A DNA stretch of 64,000 nucleotides from Candidatus Omnitrophota bacterium (GTDB taxonomy: Bacteria; Omnitrophota; Gorgyraeia; Pluralincolimonadales; Pluralincolimonadaceae): NCBI GenBank assembly GCA_003141835.1, contig PLNR01000010.1:3768-67767 (forward strand), in the 5' to 3' direction. Positions 37,597 through 47,503 of this stretch are shown piece after piece (the first letter of the stretch is position 1; the number at the start of each line of letters is the position of its first letter). Position numbers and translations under genes: made by a program. The notes beneath the pieces are model-generated. The model was given only the letters and a program-made list of their open reading frames with translations. It was not told where the DNA came from and made no database searches.

Positions 37597-39331
37597 GCGA
37601 TTCAACGAATATGATTATCACGAGCGCCAGCATTATTATCGAAAGCCCCGCGTTAAGGTTCCCCTGGAAGGTATGTTTCGGCAGGTAATTTATGATAATG
37701 TTCTCTATCGCCGCCCAAAAAGTCGTGACAAACATGAACAGTGACGGCAGGAAGGTTATCAGGCAGTAATATTTTTTCTTTGAATGCCTCAGTATGTAGA
37801 CCGTCCCGATGCATAACGCCAGCGTCGCCAGCAGCTGGTTCGCCACGCCGAACATCGGCCAGATAGTAGAGATATCCCCGTTATAGACCAGGTATCCCCA
37901 CAGGAAACTTATTGCCGCACCGCTTATTATCATGCCGGGTATCGGGTTGCCCCTGCCTGCCCTCGGGTTGACGAACTTGGCCATCTCCTGCAGTATGTAA
38001 CGGGCCACGCGCGTGCCGGTGTCCACGGTTGTCAGGATAAAGAGCGCCTCGAACATTATCGCGAAATGGTACCAGTAGCCCATCAGGTGCGCCATCCCTT
38101 TTATCGATGAGAGGATCAGCGACATGCCTGCGGCGAGGGAGACGGCTCCGCCTGTCCTTCCGGCCAGCGTCTCGCCGGTCATCTGCTCCAGTCCTTTCAA
38201 GTCCGTGATATGCATCCCCAATTTCGCGAAGATGTCAGGCGGGACGTTTATCGCGAAGTAATCGCCGGGCAGCAGGACCGTCGCGGCGATGAGCGCCATT
38301 ATCGAAACTACCGCCTCGATCAGCATCGCGCCAAAACTTATGAAACGTATCTCAGATTCGTTATTTATCATCTTCGGGGTTGTGCCGGAGGCGATGAGGC
38401 TGTGGAACCCGCTTATCGCGCCGCAGGCGATCGTGATGCAGACGAACGGCCAGACCTTCCCGGGTATTATCGGCCCGCCGCCGTGTATGTAAGGGGTTAT
38501 CGCCGGCATCCGGATGACGGGGTTTACGATGAATATCCCCACGACGAGAAGCACTATCGTGCCGATCTTCATATACGAACTTAAGTAATCACGCGGGCAG
38601 AGCAGGAGCCAGACCGGAAGGGTGGAGGCGATGAAGCCGTAGACAGGAAGCATGACCGAAAGCGCCGGTTTTGAGAAGATGAAGTAATTTCCGAAACTTG
38701 TTTTAGAGAGCGGCTCGCCGAATACGACGCCCAATATGACTATCGTCACGCCTATGAGCGAGGCCTCGACTATCCTGCCCGGCCTTAATTTATACATATA
38801 GAGCGCCACGATGAGCGCCGCCGGGATGGTCATAGCGATAGTGAATGTGGCCCACGAGCTTTCGCTCAACGCGTTTACCACGACGAGCGCCAGCCCCGCG
38901 AGGGCGGTCACTATTATGAAGAGGATAGCTATGCCTGTGGCGATGCCGGCCGTAGAGCCGATATGTTTCTTCGCGAGGCGGGTCAGGGACTGCCCTTTCA
39001 TCCTGACCGATGCGAAGAGTATGACCATGTCGTGCACCGCGCCGCCGAGGACGGCGCCGATAAGGATCCACAAGAAACCGGGGAGGAAACCGAACTGCGC
39101 TGCCAGGACCGGCCCTACCAGCGGACCGGCGCCGGATATCGCGGCGAAATGATGGCCGAAAAGCACGAACTTGTTAGTCGGATGGTAATCCTTGCCATCG
39201 CGCAGGGTATGGGCAGGGGTAGTCCTGGACGGGTCGGCTATCAGGACCTTAGTGATTATGAACTTCGCGTAGAACCTGTAAGCGAGCGCGAATATTAAAA
39301 GACTAGTTATGATGAGGGTTAGTGCGTGCAT
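37544..39331 (-). CDS. cstA: Carbon starvation protein A transporter
   Basis: LFGHHFAAISGAGPLVGP, PRDYLS, IACGAISGFH, WPMFG.ANQLLA. Confidence 0.95.
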   Translation of the reverse strand: MHALTLIITSLLIFALAYRFYAKFIITKVLIADPSRTTPAHTLRDGKDYHPTNKFVLFGHHFAAISGAGPLVGPVLAAQFGFLPGFLWILIGAVLGGAVHDMVILFASVRMKGQSLTRLAKKHIGSTAGIATGIAILFIIVTALAGLALVVVNALSESSWATFTIAMTIPAALIVALYMYKLRPGRIVEASLIGVTIVILGVVFGEPLSKTSFGNYFIFSKPALSVMLPVYGFIASTLPVWLLLCPRDYLSSYMKIGTIVLLVVGIFIVNPVIRMPAITPYIHGGGPIIPGKVWPFVCITIACGAISGFHSLIASGTTPKMINNESEIRFISFGAMLIEAVVSIMALIAATVLLPGDYFAINVPPDIFAKLGMHITDLKGLEQMTGETLAGRTGGAVSLAAGMSLILSSIKGMAHLMGYWYHFAIMFEALFILTTVDTGTRVARYILQEMAKFVNPRAGRGNPIPGMIISGAAISFLWGYLVYNGDISTIWPMFGVANQLLATLALCIGTVYILRHSKKKYYCLITFLPSLFMFVTTFWAAIENIIINYLPKHTFQGNLNAGLSIIMLALVIIIFVESLRKSFSLVKAPRRARSL

Positions 39332-39374
39332 AGATTCTATTTGCTATTATACATTATATGGGTATAATATTTCC
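39332..39374. promoter_or_regulatory. 43-bp divergent promoter region (cstA / HD-GYP)
   Basis: Plus strand: TTGCTA-16-TATAAT 6 nt before ATG 39375. Minus strand: two TATAAT hexamers before the cstA ATG. Confidence 0.6.
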
Positions 39375-40778
39375 ATGGAAAACAGCCAGTTTTTTTTCGG
39401 GAGTTTCCGCTCAAAGATCACGGTGGCCCTCGTCCTTTCGCTCTTCCTGGTCGCCGCGATCAGCAGTCTCCTCATATATCAGTTCAGCTACAAAATGCAG
39501 TTCGAGCAGTTCAGGGAACAGCTCAAGATGGTCGCTCAGACCGCCGCCCTGTCCGTCGACCCGGACGTCCTCTTGCAGGTCCCGCTCAACCGCGAAGGCG
39601 CAAAAAGTTTACAGTATGACGCCATCGCCGAAAAATTATCGCAGATCAAGAAAGCGAACCCCAAGATACTTTTCATTTATACCATGGGCCGGAGCGCCAC
39701 CGGCATATGGCAGTTCATAGTGGATCCCGAACCCAGGGCGCAGAGCAAGGGCGAAGCCGGCCCCACCTCGTATCCCGGGGATAAATATGATGTCTCCAGG
39801 TTCCCCGAGATGCAAAAAGCTATAGCAGGCCCTTCCGCCGACAAGGAACTAATGGTCGATGAATGGGGCGCCACGCTTTCGGGTTACGCGCCGGTCCGGG
39901 GCAAAGACGGCAAGGCTATAGCCATACTCGGCATCGATATCAGCGCGCAGGATGTCTACGGCATACAAAAGGAACTTTTACGCCGCGCTGTTTTAGTGCT
40001 GGGCGTAGGTATGCTGATCTCCATAGCCCTGGGCGTGTGGGTCTCAAAGAGGGCGACCGATCCGGTCAAGGAACTCGAGGAAGCGACCATGCATTTTGCC
40101 TCCGGGGACCTTAATTACAGGGTCCATATAAGGGGAAGGGACGAGATAGGGCGCCTGGGGGAGTCCTTTAATAAGATGGCGGAGAGCCTCGTCGCGTCAA
40201 AAGAGGCCCTGCAGGATTATTTCTACCGCATCGTCCAATCGCTGGTGCGGGGGCTTGAAGCGAAAGACAGTTACACGAGCGGCCATTCGGACAGGGTCTC
40301 CGAGTACGCGCGCGCCCTTGCAATCGAGATGGGGATCTCCGAAAAAGAAGCCGACATGCTCAAAAAGGTCACCGAGCTCCACGATATAGGGAAGTTAGGC
40401 ATTGATGAGAGGGTATTGAACAAGGTGGAAAAACTGACAGATGAGGAATGGAGGACGGTCAAGGAGCACCCGATCACGGGGGAAGAGATACTCGGGCCGG
40501 TCTTCCTCGACAAGCGGATGCTGGCTATCGTAAGGTCGCATCACGAGCGTTATGACGGGAGCGGTTATCCGGACGGGCTTAAGGGCGATGAGATCGATAT
40601 ACTGGTCCAGATCGTCTCCGTCGCGGACGCTTACGATGCCATGACCACCACACGCGCGTACAGGGGCCCGCTGAGCAAACAGGCGGCCATAGAGGAATTA
40701 AAGAGGAACAGCGGCACGCAATTCAATCCGCGCATAGTCGACGCCTTCCTCAAGGTATTGAGCAAGATGGTGGCATAA
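39375..40778 (+). CDS. Membrane sensor-HAMP-HD-GYP phosphodiesterase
   Basis: Two TM segments, HAMP (DEIG.L...FN.M), HS.RV, HDIGK, HHERYDGSGYP, D.YDAM. Start reassigned to 39375. Confidence 0.92.
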   Translation: MENSQFFFGSFRSKITVALVLSLFLVAAISSLLIYQFSYKMQFEQFREQLKMVAQTAALSVDPDVLLQVPLNREGAKSLQYDAIAEKLSQIKKANPKILFIYTMGRSATGIWQFIVDPEPRAQSKGEAGPTSYPGDKYDVSRFPEMQKAIAGPSADKELMVDEWGATLSGYAPVRGKDGKAIAILGIDISAQDVYGIQKELLRRAVLVLGVGMLISIALGVWVSKRATDPVKELEEATMHFASGDLNYRVHIRGRDEIGRLGESFNKMAESLVASKEALQDYFYRIVQSLVRGLEAKDSYTSGHSDRVSEYARALAIEMGISEKEADMLKKVTELHDIGKLGIDERVLNKVEKLTDEEWRTVKEHPITGEEILGPVFLDKRMLAIVRSHHERYDGSGYPDGLKGDEIDILVQIVSVADAYDAMTTTRAYRGPLSKQAAIEELKRNSGTQFNPRIVDAFLKVLSKMVA

Positions 40779-40797
40779 CCACAAGGAGACCTATAAA

Positions 40798-41751
40798 GTG
40801 TTCAGGGAAAAGATAAAGGTATTGGATTGCACGATAAGGGACGGCGGGCTCATAAACAAGCACGACTTCGATTTCAAGTTCGTCCGCGCGGTCTATAAGG
40901 CGCTCTCCGAAGCCAAGATAGATTATATGGAGATAGGGTACAAGAACTCCAAGAAGCTCTTCTCGGAGAAAGAATATGGGCAATGGAAGTTCTGCGACGA
41001 TGAGCATATAAAGAAGGTCATCGACGGCATCGAGTCGCAGACGAAGATCTCAGTCATGGTCGACGTCGACCGCGTCGACGTAGAGGACGTGAAGCCGCGC
41101 AAAGAGAGCCCGGTCTCGATGATCCGGGTGGCTTGTTACGTGAAAGATATAGACAAAGCCATATTCCTCGTCAACCAGTTCGCCGACAAGGGCTACGAGA
41201 CCACGGTCAATATCATGGCGATATCGAAGGCGATGGATACCGAGCTTACCGAGGCCTTCCACCAGCTTGAGGAGGAATGCAAGGCAGGCGTGATCTACCT
41301 GGTCGACAGTTACGGCTCGCTGTACCAGGAGTCGACCGAATATCTCGTGAAGAAGGCCAAGAGCATAATAAAGAGCAAGGAGATCGGCATACACGCCCAC
41401 AACAACCAGCAGCTCGCTTTCGGCAACACGATAGAGGCGATAATCCACAACGCGAATTATGTCGACGGGACCGTCTACGGCCTGGGAAGGGCCGCAGGCA
41501 ACTGCCCGCTCGAACTCATACTAGGGTTCCTAAAGAACCCGAAATTCGACATACGCCCCGTGCTTGACCTCATATCGAAAGAGTTCATACCGTTAAGGGA
41601 AAAGATGGAGTGGGGCTACATCATACCGTACGCGATAACAGGTATCCTTGACGAGCATCCCCGCGCCGCCATGGCCCTGCGCGACAGCGACAAGAAAGAG
41701 AATTACAGGGAGTTTTACGAAAGCCTCGTAGGAAGCGGGGAAGCACAGTAA
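40798..41751 (+). CDS. DRE-TIM (HMGL-like) aldolase catalytic-domain protein, 4-hydroxy-2-oxovalerate aldolase-like
   Basis: LDCTIRDGG, DSYG, HAHNN, GRAAGN. Confidence 0.85.
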   Translation: MFREKIKVLDCTIRDGGLINKHDFDFKFVRAVYKALSEAKIDYMEIGYKNSKKLFSEKEYGQWKFCDDEHIKKVIDGIESQTKISVMVDVDRVDVEDVKPRKESPVSMIRVACYVKDIDKAIFLVNQFADKGYETTVNIMAISKAMDTELTEAFHQLEEECKAGVIYLVDSYGSLYQESTEYLVKKAKSIIKSKEIGIHAHNNQQLAFGNTIEAIIHNANYVDGTVYGLGRAAGNCPLELILGFLKNPKFDIRPVLDLISKEFIPLREKMEWGYIIPYAITGILDEHPRAAMALRDSDKKENYREFYESLVGSGEAQ

Positions 41752-41764
41752 AAGAAGGTATCGG

Positions 41765-42790
41765 ATGCTCTCCAGAAAGATCAGGAATAACCTTAAGAAG
41801 GCGCCGTTCTTCCTAATAGTCGCCGCCATCGTGGCCACTATCTGGTATCTCGCCTGGCAGAACCATAATCACTTTGAGAACGCGATGGTCAGGCAGTCGC
41901 AGAACCAGCTTACCATAATAGCCCGTTCCGAAGCCCAGAGCATAGAAAAATATGTCGGCGATATAGACGAGGAGGTTTCAGGCCTTGCTGCCGATCCGCG
42001 GCTGGCCGGCCTGATGGCCTCGGGAGAGAAAGGCGAAGACAAGTATCTTGGCCTGCTTAAGGCATCGTACGGCGAGATCTCGAAGCTTGCGGATTACCTT
42101 TGCCTTACTGATGACAAAGGCATCGTGATGGCGGCGGCCCCGTCCACAGGCCTTCCGGCCGGAGCCGATATTTCCGGACTGCCCGATATTAAGGCTATGC
42201 TTGCCGGGCGGAAGCCGTTCACGAGCGGTTTGTTTGAAGGCATTTCCGGGAATAAGGAAATATCCAACCTGCATCCGGTCTTTTCCGGGGGAAAGCTGAT
42301 CGGGATCCTCCGTGCGGTCATATTCGTCGACAGGATAAACAACCTTATCGGGCATATTAACAGGGAGGACGGCGTCTCTGCCGCGGTCATAGACGATGAG
42401 GACAATGTCCTCAGTTCTTCCGAGGCCAAGAACATCGGCATGAAAGGCGCAGGGCTGGTAAGCCGTATGGAGCTTACGATGCTCGTCTCGCGCGTCCCGA
42501 TGAAGATAGGGCCGGAGAATTGGTCGATCGCGGTCGCCATGGACTACGGCTCGATAACAGGGCCCATCAACAGGAATGCCCGGGATAACCTCGTCTTTGT
42601 CGCTTTCATTTTAATTATCTTCCTGGCCTCAGGGGTAATATTTTACAGGTACGAAAAGAAGAACGCCGAGCTGTCCATATCAAAGACCTGCCTCGACCTT
42701 ATCAACAAACAGCTGCACATTGAGATAGAGACGCGCAAGGATATCGAGAAGAACCTCAAAGAATGCCTCAGGAACGGTGAAAAAAGATGA
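41765..42790 (+). CDS. TM-Cache-TM sensor protein lacking an output domain
   Basis: Two TM helices flank a dCache-like periplasmic region; ~45-aa coiled-coil tail. Confidence 0.7.
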   Translation: MLSRKIRNNLKKAPFFLIVAAIVATIWYLAWQNHNHFENAMVRQSQNQLTIIARSEAQSIEKYVGDIDEEVSGLAADPRLAGLMASGEKGEDKYLGLLKASYGEISKLADYLCLTDDKGIVMAAAPSTGLPAGADISGLPDIKAMLAGRKPFTSGLFEGISGNKEISNLHPVFSGGKLIGILRAVIFVDRINNLIGHINREDGVSAAVIDDEDNVLSSSEAKNIGMKGAGLVSRMELTMLVSRVPMKIGPENWSIAVAMDYGSITGPINRNARDNLVFVAFILIIFLASGVIFYRYEKKNAELSISKTCLDLINKQLHIEIETRKDIEKNLKECLRNGEKR

Positions 42791-43698
42791 GGATAGGCGC
42801 TGCCGGGATGAGATTGATCGAAAAGGGGATCAGGGTCTCCGATTCGAAGATGTTCGAAGAAGATAAGATCTGGGCTAAGTACAGCAAGGATAAGGTCGAC
42901 AGCGGCGAGAAACTCGAAGAGGTGATCAGGGTCCTCTGCAAGGAGTTCCCGCTGGACAAGCCCCTGGCCGCCCTCTCGGTCGGTTCCAGCAACGAGCCGC
43001 AATTCAGGATACTCGAGGCCGTCTTCCGCGGAGGCCTTTTTCTCTTGGACATAGAAAAGAGGTCGCTCGGCCTGGTCGATGAGCGCATCAAGAGGCAGTC
43101 GCTCGACCACGTGAAGACTATCGTCGGCGATTACAACAGGATATTTTCCTCCCCTGGCGGAACCGGCCGTTTTTTGGAAGGCCGCCTCGGACGGAGGCGG
43201 ATGAACCTCATCATGCTGCACCATTCGCTCTATTATTGCCAGGAGCCGGAATGGGACCGTCTTTTCGAAAACCTTTACCGCGGAATACTTGCTGCGCAGG
43301 GAGCCATCCATGCTATAATGATGGCATCGAAGAGCGGTGGGGAATCCACGACCAGCTGGCTCTATGGCCACTTCGCCGGGAAATTCTTCAGCTGCCATAA
43401 TGACCAGGACCTGCGGCATTTCAGGAGCGAGCTCGATAAGGACCCCGTATTCAGGACGGCAAAAGTATTGATGAAAAGGAGCCGCGTGAATTTCTTCGTA
43501 GATGATTTCGAGGAATTCATGTCGGTGATCTGGATGATAATGCTCTATCCTAATGTCCATAAATACAGCGTTGCGCAAAGGGAAGAGATCGCCGAATTCG
43601 TATATAAAAAATTCTGGCTTCCGAAGAAGCCTCTCATACAACTGCAGGACCACCTGGTCTTATTTCGCGGCATAAAAATTTTACCTAAAACCCTTTAA
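42787..43698 (+). CDS. Class I SAM-dependent methyltransferase-like protein
   Basis: ALSVGSS (motif I-like), LLDIE, GDY, HHSLYY. Start is 42787 or 42808. Confidence 0.6.
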   Translation: MRIGAAGMRLIEKGIRVSDSKMFEEDKIWAKYSKDKVDSGEKLEEVIRVLCKEFPLDKPLAALSVGSSNEPQFRILEAVFRGGLFLLDIEKRSLGLVDERIKRQSLDHVKTIVGDYNRIFSSPGGTGRFLEGRLGRRRMNLIMLHHSLYYCQEPEWDRLFENLYRGILAAQGAIHAIMMASKSGGESTTSWLYGHFAGKFFSCHNDQDLRHFRSELDKDPVFRTAKVLMKRSRVNFFVDDFEEFMSVIWMIMLYPNVHKYSVAQREEIAEFVYKKFWLPKKPLIQLQDHLVLFRGIKILPKTL

Positions 43699-43712
43699 AG
43701 GAGGGACCTAAA

Positions 43713-44699
43713 ATGTCGAAAAGGATGGTCGTCAGATGCGCATTGATCGCCCTGGTCATCTTGACCGCGCCGTCGCTGTTCGCCACAAGCCTTTTCATGA
43801 GCAAAGAGGAGAAAAAGGCCAACCGCGAGACCGAGATGCAGGATCTGCAAAAGCAATTCCAGTGGTGGCCCACCGACGCGAAGCCTGCGCCGATAAAAGA
43901 TGCCGATATGGGAGGATACTGGTGGTGGCCGAAGGGGCCCGGCACTGCTGCGCCCGGCGCGACCGCGCTGTGGGGGAACAGGGGCTACATATACATGTAT
44001 AAGATAATATTCGATTATAAATCGGAAGAGCTGCCGCCGCCCAAGCCGCAGGAATTGAGGCCGTCGTTGCTCATCAAGAACATAAAAAAGAACGTCAAGA
44101 TCTACTTTGATTATAACAAATCCTATCTGCGGGTTGACGTCAAGAAGATCCTCAATGAGGCCGTCTGGACTTTAAAGCATAATCCCGAATGTAGCATCCT
44201 TATAACCGGCAACTGCGATATCCGCGGGACGGAAAAATACAATCAAAAACTCGGAAGGCAGCGCGCCGACGCGGTAAAGGATTTCATGCTCAAGAACGGC
44301 ATACCTGACGGCCGTATCAAGATAGTTAGCCGCGGAAAACTCGATGCCGTCGCGCCGGTCACCGACCTGGTCGGGATGCAGAAGGACCGCAACGCCCAGT
44401 TCATGATAGCCGAGGTCGAAGAGGTGATGATCCCGGTCCCGGGTGAGGCGCAGCTCGAACAGGCCACGAAGGTGGAAGAGGGGAAATATGTCATCGACGA
44501 AGAGAAGAACGTCGAGAGCAAGATAAAGGTCTCTACAAGGGTATATACCGTAAAGGCGGGCGATACGTTTTCTTCCATCGCGAGGAAGGAACTCGGCAAT
44601 CCCGGGAGGTGGAAGAACCTTTACGAGCTCAACAAGGAGAAGGTGAAGGACCCGAATAAGTTGAAGACCGGCATCAATATCCTCATCCCTATCGAATAA
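43713..44699 (+). CDS. OmpA-like peptidoglycan-binding + LysM domain protein
   Basis: IYFDYNKS, G.CD.RG...YN.KLG..RA..V; C-terminal YTVKAGDT.S.IA...W..LYE.N. Confidence 0.88.
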   Translation: MSKRMVVRCALIALVILTAPSLFATSLFMSKEEKKANRETEMQDLQKQFQWWPTDAKPAPIKDADMGGYWWWPKGPGTAAPGATALWGNRGYIYMYKIIFDYKSEELPPPKPQELRPSLLIKNIKKNVKIYFDYNKSYLRVDVKKILNEAVWTLKHNPECSILITGNCDIRGTEKYNQKLGRQRADAVKDFMLKNGIPDGRIKIVSRGKLDAVAPVTDLVGMQKDRNAQFMIAEVEEVMIPVPGEAQLEQATKVEEGKYVIDEEKNVESKIKVSTRVYTVKAGDTFSSIARKELGNPGRWKNLYELNKEKVKDPNKLKTGINILIPIE

Positions 44700-44703
44700 T
44701 TCT

Positions 44704-46182
44704 TTATAGGATGAGTTTGGGGTTTTTGAGGAGGGGATTGCCCTTTATTTCGCCGGTGATCTTTTCGGGGAGGCCCGGCTTGCCGAGTTTGTAATACATA
44801 TAGTTCTTGTATCCCTCTACGCCGGGCTGGTCGAAGGCGTTGACCCCAAGGAGTTCCCCCTCGAAAGCCGTAGCCATCTCGAAGAAGAATAATAGCGCGC
44901 CCCAGTTATAAGCCGAGGCCTCGGGCATTATTATAGTGCAGTTCGGCCTCGATTCCCTCACGAGCGCCCACTCCGTAGCTTCCTGGGCGAGCGTTATCAT
45001 CTCCGAGAACTTCTTCCCTGCCAAGATGCCGCTTTCCGGCCCCGACGGGACCTCGATCTCATTATTGAATTTTTCCACACGGATGAAGGTAACGACTTTA
45101 TTGTTCATCCCCTCGATATTGTTCTGCTGGATAGAATGGAGGTCGTTCGTCCCGCGCGCCGATATAGGCGTGCGCCCGGCATTGACTACGCGGCCGGTGT
45201 CATTTATCCATTCCTCGCGCCCGTCTTTAGACCTGTTTATCTTACGTGCATATTTTTTGCCGAGGCTCTCTGCTAGCATCTGTATGTACCAGTCGGCCGT
45301 GGATTTCAAAGTCTCGGAGAATGGCATGACTATGGCTATATCCTTGCCTTTCATCCTGTAGAGTATCGTGTGCAGGGCCGCGTACATATACGCGGGATTT
45401 TTGGAGAGGTCCGGCGCAGAGCATCTTTTGTGCATATCCGCTGCGCCATCAAGGACGTTCTCTATATCTACTCCGATCACCGCGAGATGGAGGAGGCCCA
45501 TATTGAATTCCGAGAATCTTCCGCCCACGCCTTTCATCAGCGGGAGGTTCCGGAAACTGAGAGCGTCTTTCTCCTGGTGCCGGTCTACGGTCTTGCGCAG
45601 GCTCCCCGATTCAGGGTCGGTTATCGCGAATACCTGCCTGCCGTAATCCTTGCCCGCGCCTTTCTTGAGCCAATTCTCGACGGCGATAAACGCGGCCTTC
45701 GTCTCGGTCGTCTCGCCCGATTTTGAGATGACGATGACGAAGGTCTTTTTCGGGTTTAAATTCTTGAGCAGCGCCGACAAGGTGTCAGGGTCCAGGTTAT
45801 TCCCCTCGAAATATACCCTCGGCCGTTTATTCCTGGCGCCTGCGAATTCGTTGTAATAAGGGGGGCAGAGCGCGTCCTGCGCCGCCTTCAGGCCGAGGTA
45901 CGAGCCGCCTATGCCCAGGGATATCACGTTATCGTATTTCTTCGCTATCTCGTCCCCGAGCTTCTGTATGCGCTTGATCTCCTTTTTGTCCTGGAAGGGC
46001 AGGCGCGTCCATTCGAGCCCCAACTTCACCCTGTTGCGGCCGTCGGCCAGCACCGACGCCAGGTGGTCATGCGCCTCTTTAACGGAGTAGGAGAGGGCGT
46101 TTAATTCCGCTTCCCCGACGCCGTGCTCTTTCCCGACATTGAAACCGAACATGTTATTGAAATCGAATTTTAGCCCTTTCAT
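44704..46182 (-). CDS. pgi: Glucose-6-phosphate isomerase
   Basis: GIGGSYLG, SKSG.T.ET, VGGRFS, ESLGK, DLHS..Q, NAFDQPGVE.YK. Confidence 0.92.
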   Translation of the reverse strand: MKGLKFDFNNMFGFNVGKEHGVGEAELNALSYSVKEAHDHLASVLADGRNRVKLGLEWTRLPFQDKKEIKRIQKLGDEIAKKYDNVISLGIGGSYLGLKAAQDALCPPYYNEFAGARNKRPRVYFEGNNLDPDTLSALLKNLNPKKTFVIVISKSGETTETKAAFIAVENWLKKGAGKDYGRQVFAITDPESGSLRKTVDRHQEKDALSFRNLPLMKGVGGRFSEFNMGLLHLAVIGVDIENVLDGAADMHKRCSAPDLSKNPAYMYAALHTILYRMKGKDIAIVMPFSETLKSTADWYIQMLAESLGKKYARKINRSKDGREEWINDTGRVVNAGRTPISARGTNDLHSIQQNNIEGMNNKVVTFIRVEKFNNEIEVPSGPESGILAGKKFSEMITLAQEATEWALVRESRPNCTIIMPEASAYNWGALLFFFEMATAFEGELLGVNAFDQPGVEGYKNYMYYKLGKPGLPEKITGEIKGNPLLKNPKLIL

Positions 46183-46280
46183 CGCCGCAGGCCCCTTTCT
46201 GTTTTTGGTTTGCCTATTTTACTACTCTTTGATACAATAAATCAACAGAATCCAACCTTTCCTTAATAAGGAGGCACGCC

Positions 46281-46955
46281 ATGCGAAGGAACGTCACCAT
46301 CAAGGATGATTTCACGCAGGAGGATACCTGGCGGATATTCAGGATAATGTCCGAGTTCGTCGACGGTTTCGAGACCCTCTCCAAGGCCGGCCAGGCCGTG
46401 TCGATATTCGGTTCCAGCCGTTTCAAGCCCGGCAATAAATATTACAAGATGGCCGAGGAGACCGCCTACCTCCTCGCCAAGGAAGGGTACGCTATCATAA
46501 CCGGCAGCGGCCCGGCGATAATGGAGGCCGCGAATAAAGGCGCCAAAAGGGCAAAAGGCCACTCGATAGGCCTGAATATCCAGATACCGTCCGAACAAAA
46601 ATCCAACAAATACGTGGACACCCTCCTTGATTTCCGCTATTTCTTCGTCAGGAAAGTCATGTTCGTGAAATACGCAAAGGCCTTCATAATAATGCCCGGC
46701 GGATACGGCACGCTCGACGAATTCTACGAGGCCATCAACCTTATCCAGACCCAGCGCATCCAGAAATTCCCGGTAGTCATGATGGGGAGCGAGTACTGGA
46801 AGGGGATGATCGACTGGCTCAAATCGACGGTCCTTAAGAGCGGGGCCATATCAAAAGAGGACCTTGCGCTCTTCACGGTCGTCGATGAGCCGAAAGACGT
46901 CGTCAGGGCGATCAGGAAATTTTATGAGAAGCAGGAGAGAGAAAAATTAGGGTGA
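46281..46955 (+). CDS. LOG family (TIGR00730) nucleotide phosphoribohydrolase
   Basis: WRIFRIMSEFV.GF, FGSSR, FFVRK.MFVKY, PGGYGTLDE. Confidence 0.92.
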   Translation: MRRNVTIKDDFTQEDTWRIFRIMSEFVDGFETLSKAGQAVSIFGSSRFKPGNKYYKMAEETAYLLAKEGYAIITGSGPAIMEAANKGAKRAKGHSIGLNIQIPSEQKSNKYVDTLLDFRYFFVRKVMFVKYAKAFIIMPGGYGTLDEFYEAINLIQTQRIQKFPVVMMGSEYWKGMIDWLKSTVLKSGAISKEDLALFTVVDEPKDVVRAIRKFYEKQEREKLG

Positions 46956-47497
46956 TAACGATAAAGCTTAAGCCCGTAAACGTCACCGAGAAGATACTCC
47001 TGCTACTCGAGAAGAAGGGCCTGATAAGGACGCTCAGGCCTACGGCTAAGGTATCGCGCAGGACCGCGAAGCACGGCCTTGTCGATACCATCTATTCGTC
47101 GCCGGGCGGGTACGGCACCCACAAGCTTATCTGCGTCAGGTCGGATAACGACGGCAAGATCAACCTCAACTCGCATCCCCATAACGAGGAGTTCATGCTG
47201 ATAAATAATACCGGCCTGAAATTAAAACCGGTATTGATGGTCATAGCCCTCTCTAAATACGGGGATATAGAGAGGAAGGCAAAAAGCGGGAAGCTGGCCC
47301 CGAAAGATTTCCTTTTCCTCCGGCTCAAATACAACGACCACAAGACATGCGTCTTCTCGATGCTTAAGGACACGCCGCATTGCGAAATATCGGAACCGGG
47401 CAGGGGCAGGGCATCCATCTTTTTCGTGAGCGAGCCCGCAAACCTGCCGATGAGATACGTCGACATGACCGGATATATATTCGACTTACAGGGATAA
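46952..47497 (+). CDS. Hypothetical protein, possibly cupin / ureidoglycolate-lyase-like
   Basis: H.H.EEF and PHCE metal-ligand-like motifs; GTGA overlap with the LOG gene. Confidence 0.5.
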   Translation: MITIKLKPVNVTEKILLLLEKKGLIRTLRPTAKVSRRTAKHGLVDTIYSSPGGYGTHKLICVRSDNDGKINLNSHPHNEEFMLINNTGLKLKPVLMVIALSKYGDIERKAKSGKLAPKDFLFLRLKYNDHKTCVFSMLKDTPHCEISEPGRGRASIFFVSEPANLPMRYVDMTGYIFDLQG

Positions 47498-47503
47498 GAG
47501 ACC

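Noticed and set aside
39338-39362. dif-like site (minus strand ATAA-TGTATA)
   Set aside because: The XerD arm (TTATGTTAAAT) does not match; overlapping divergent -10 boxes explain it better.
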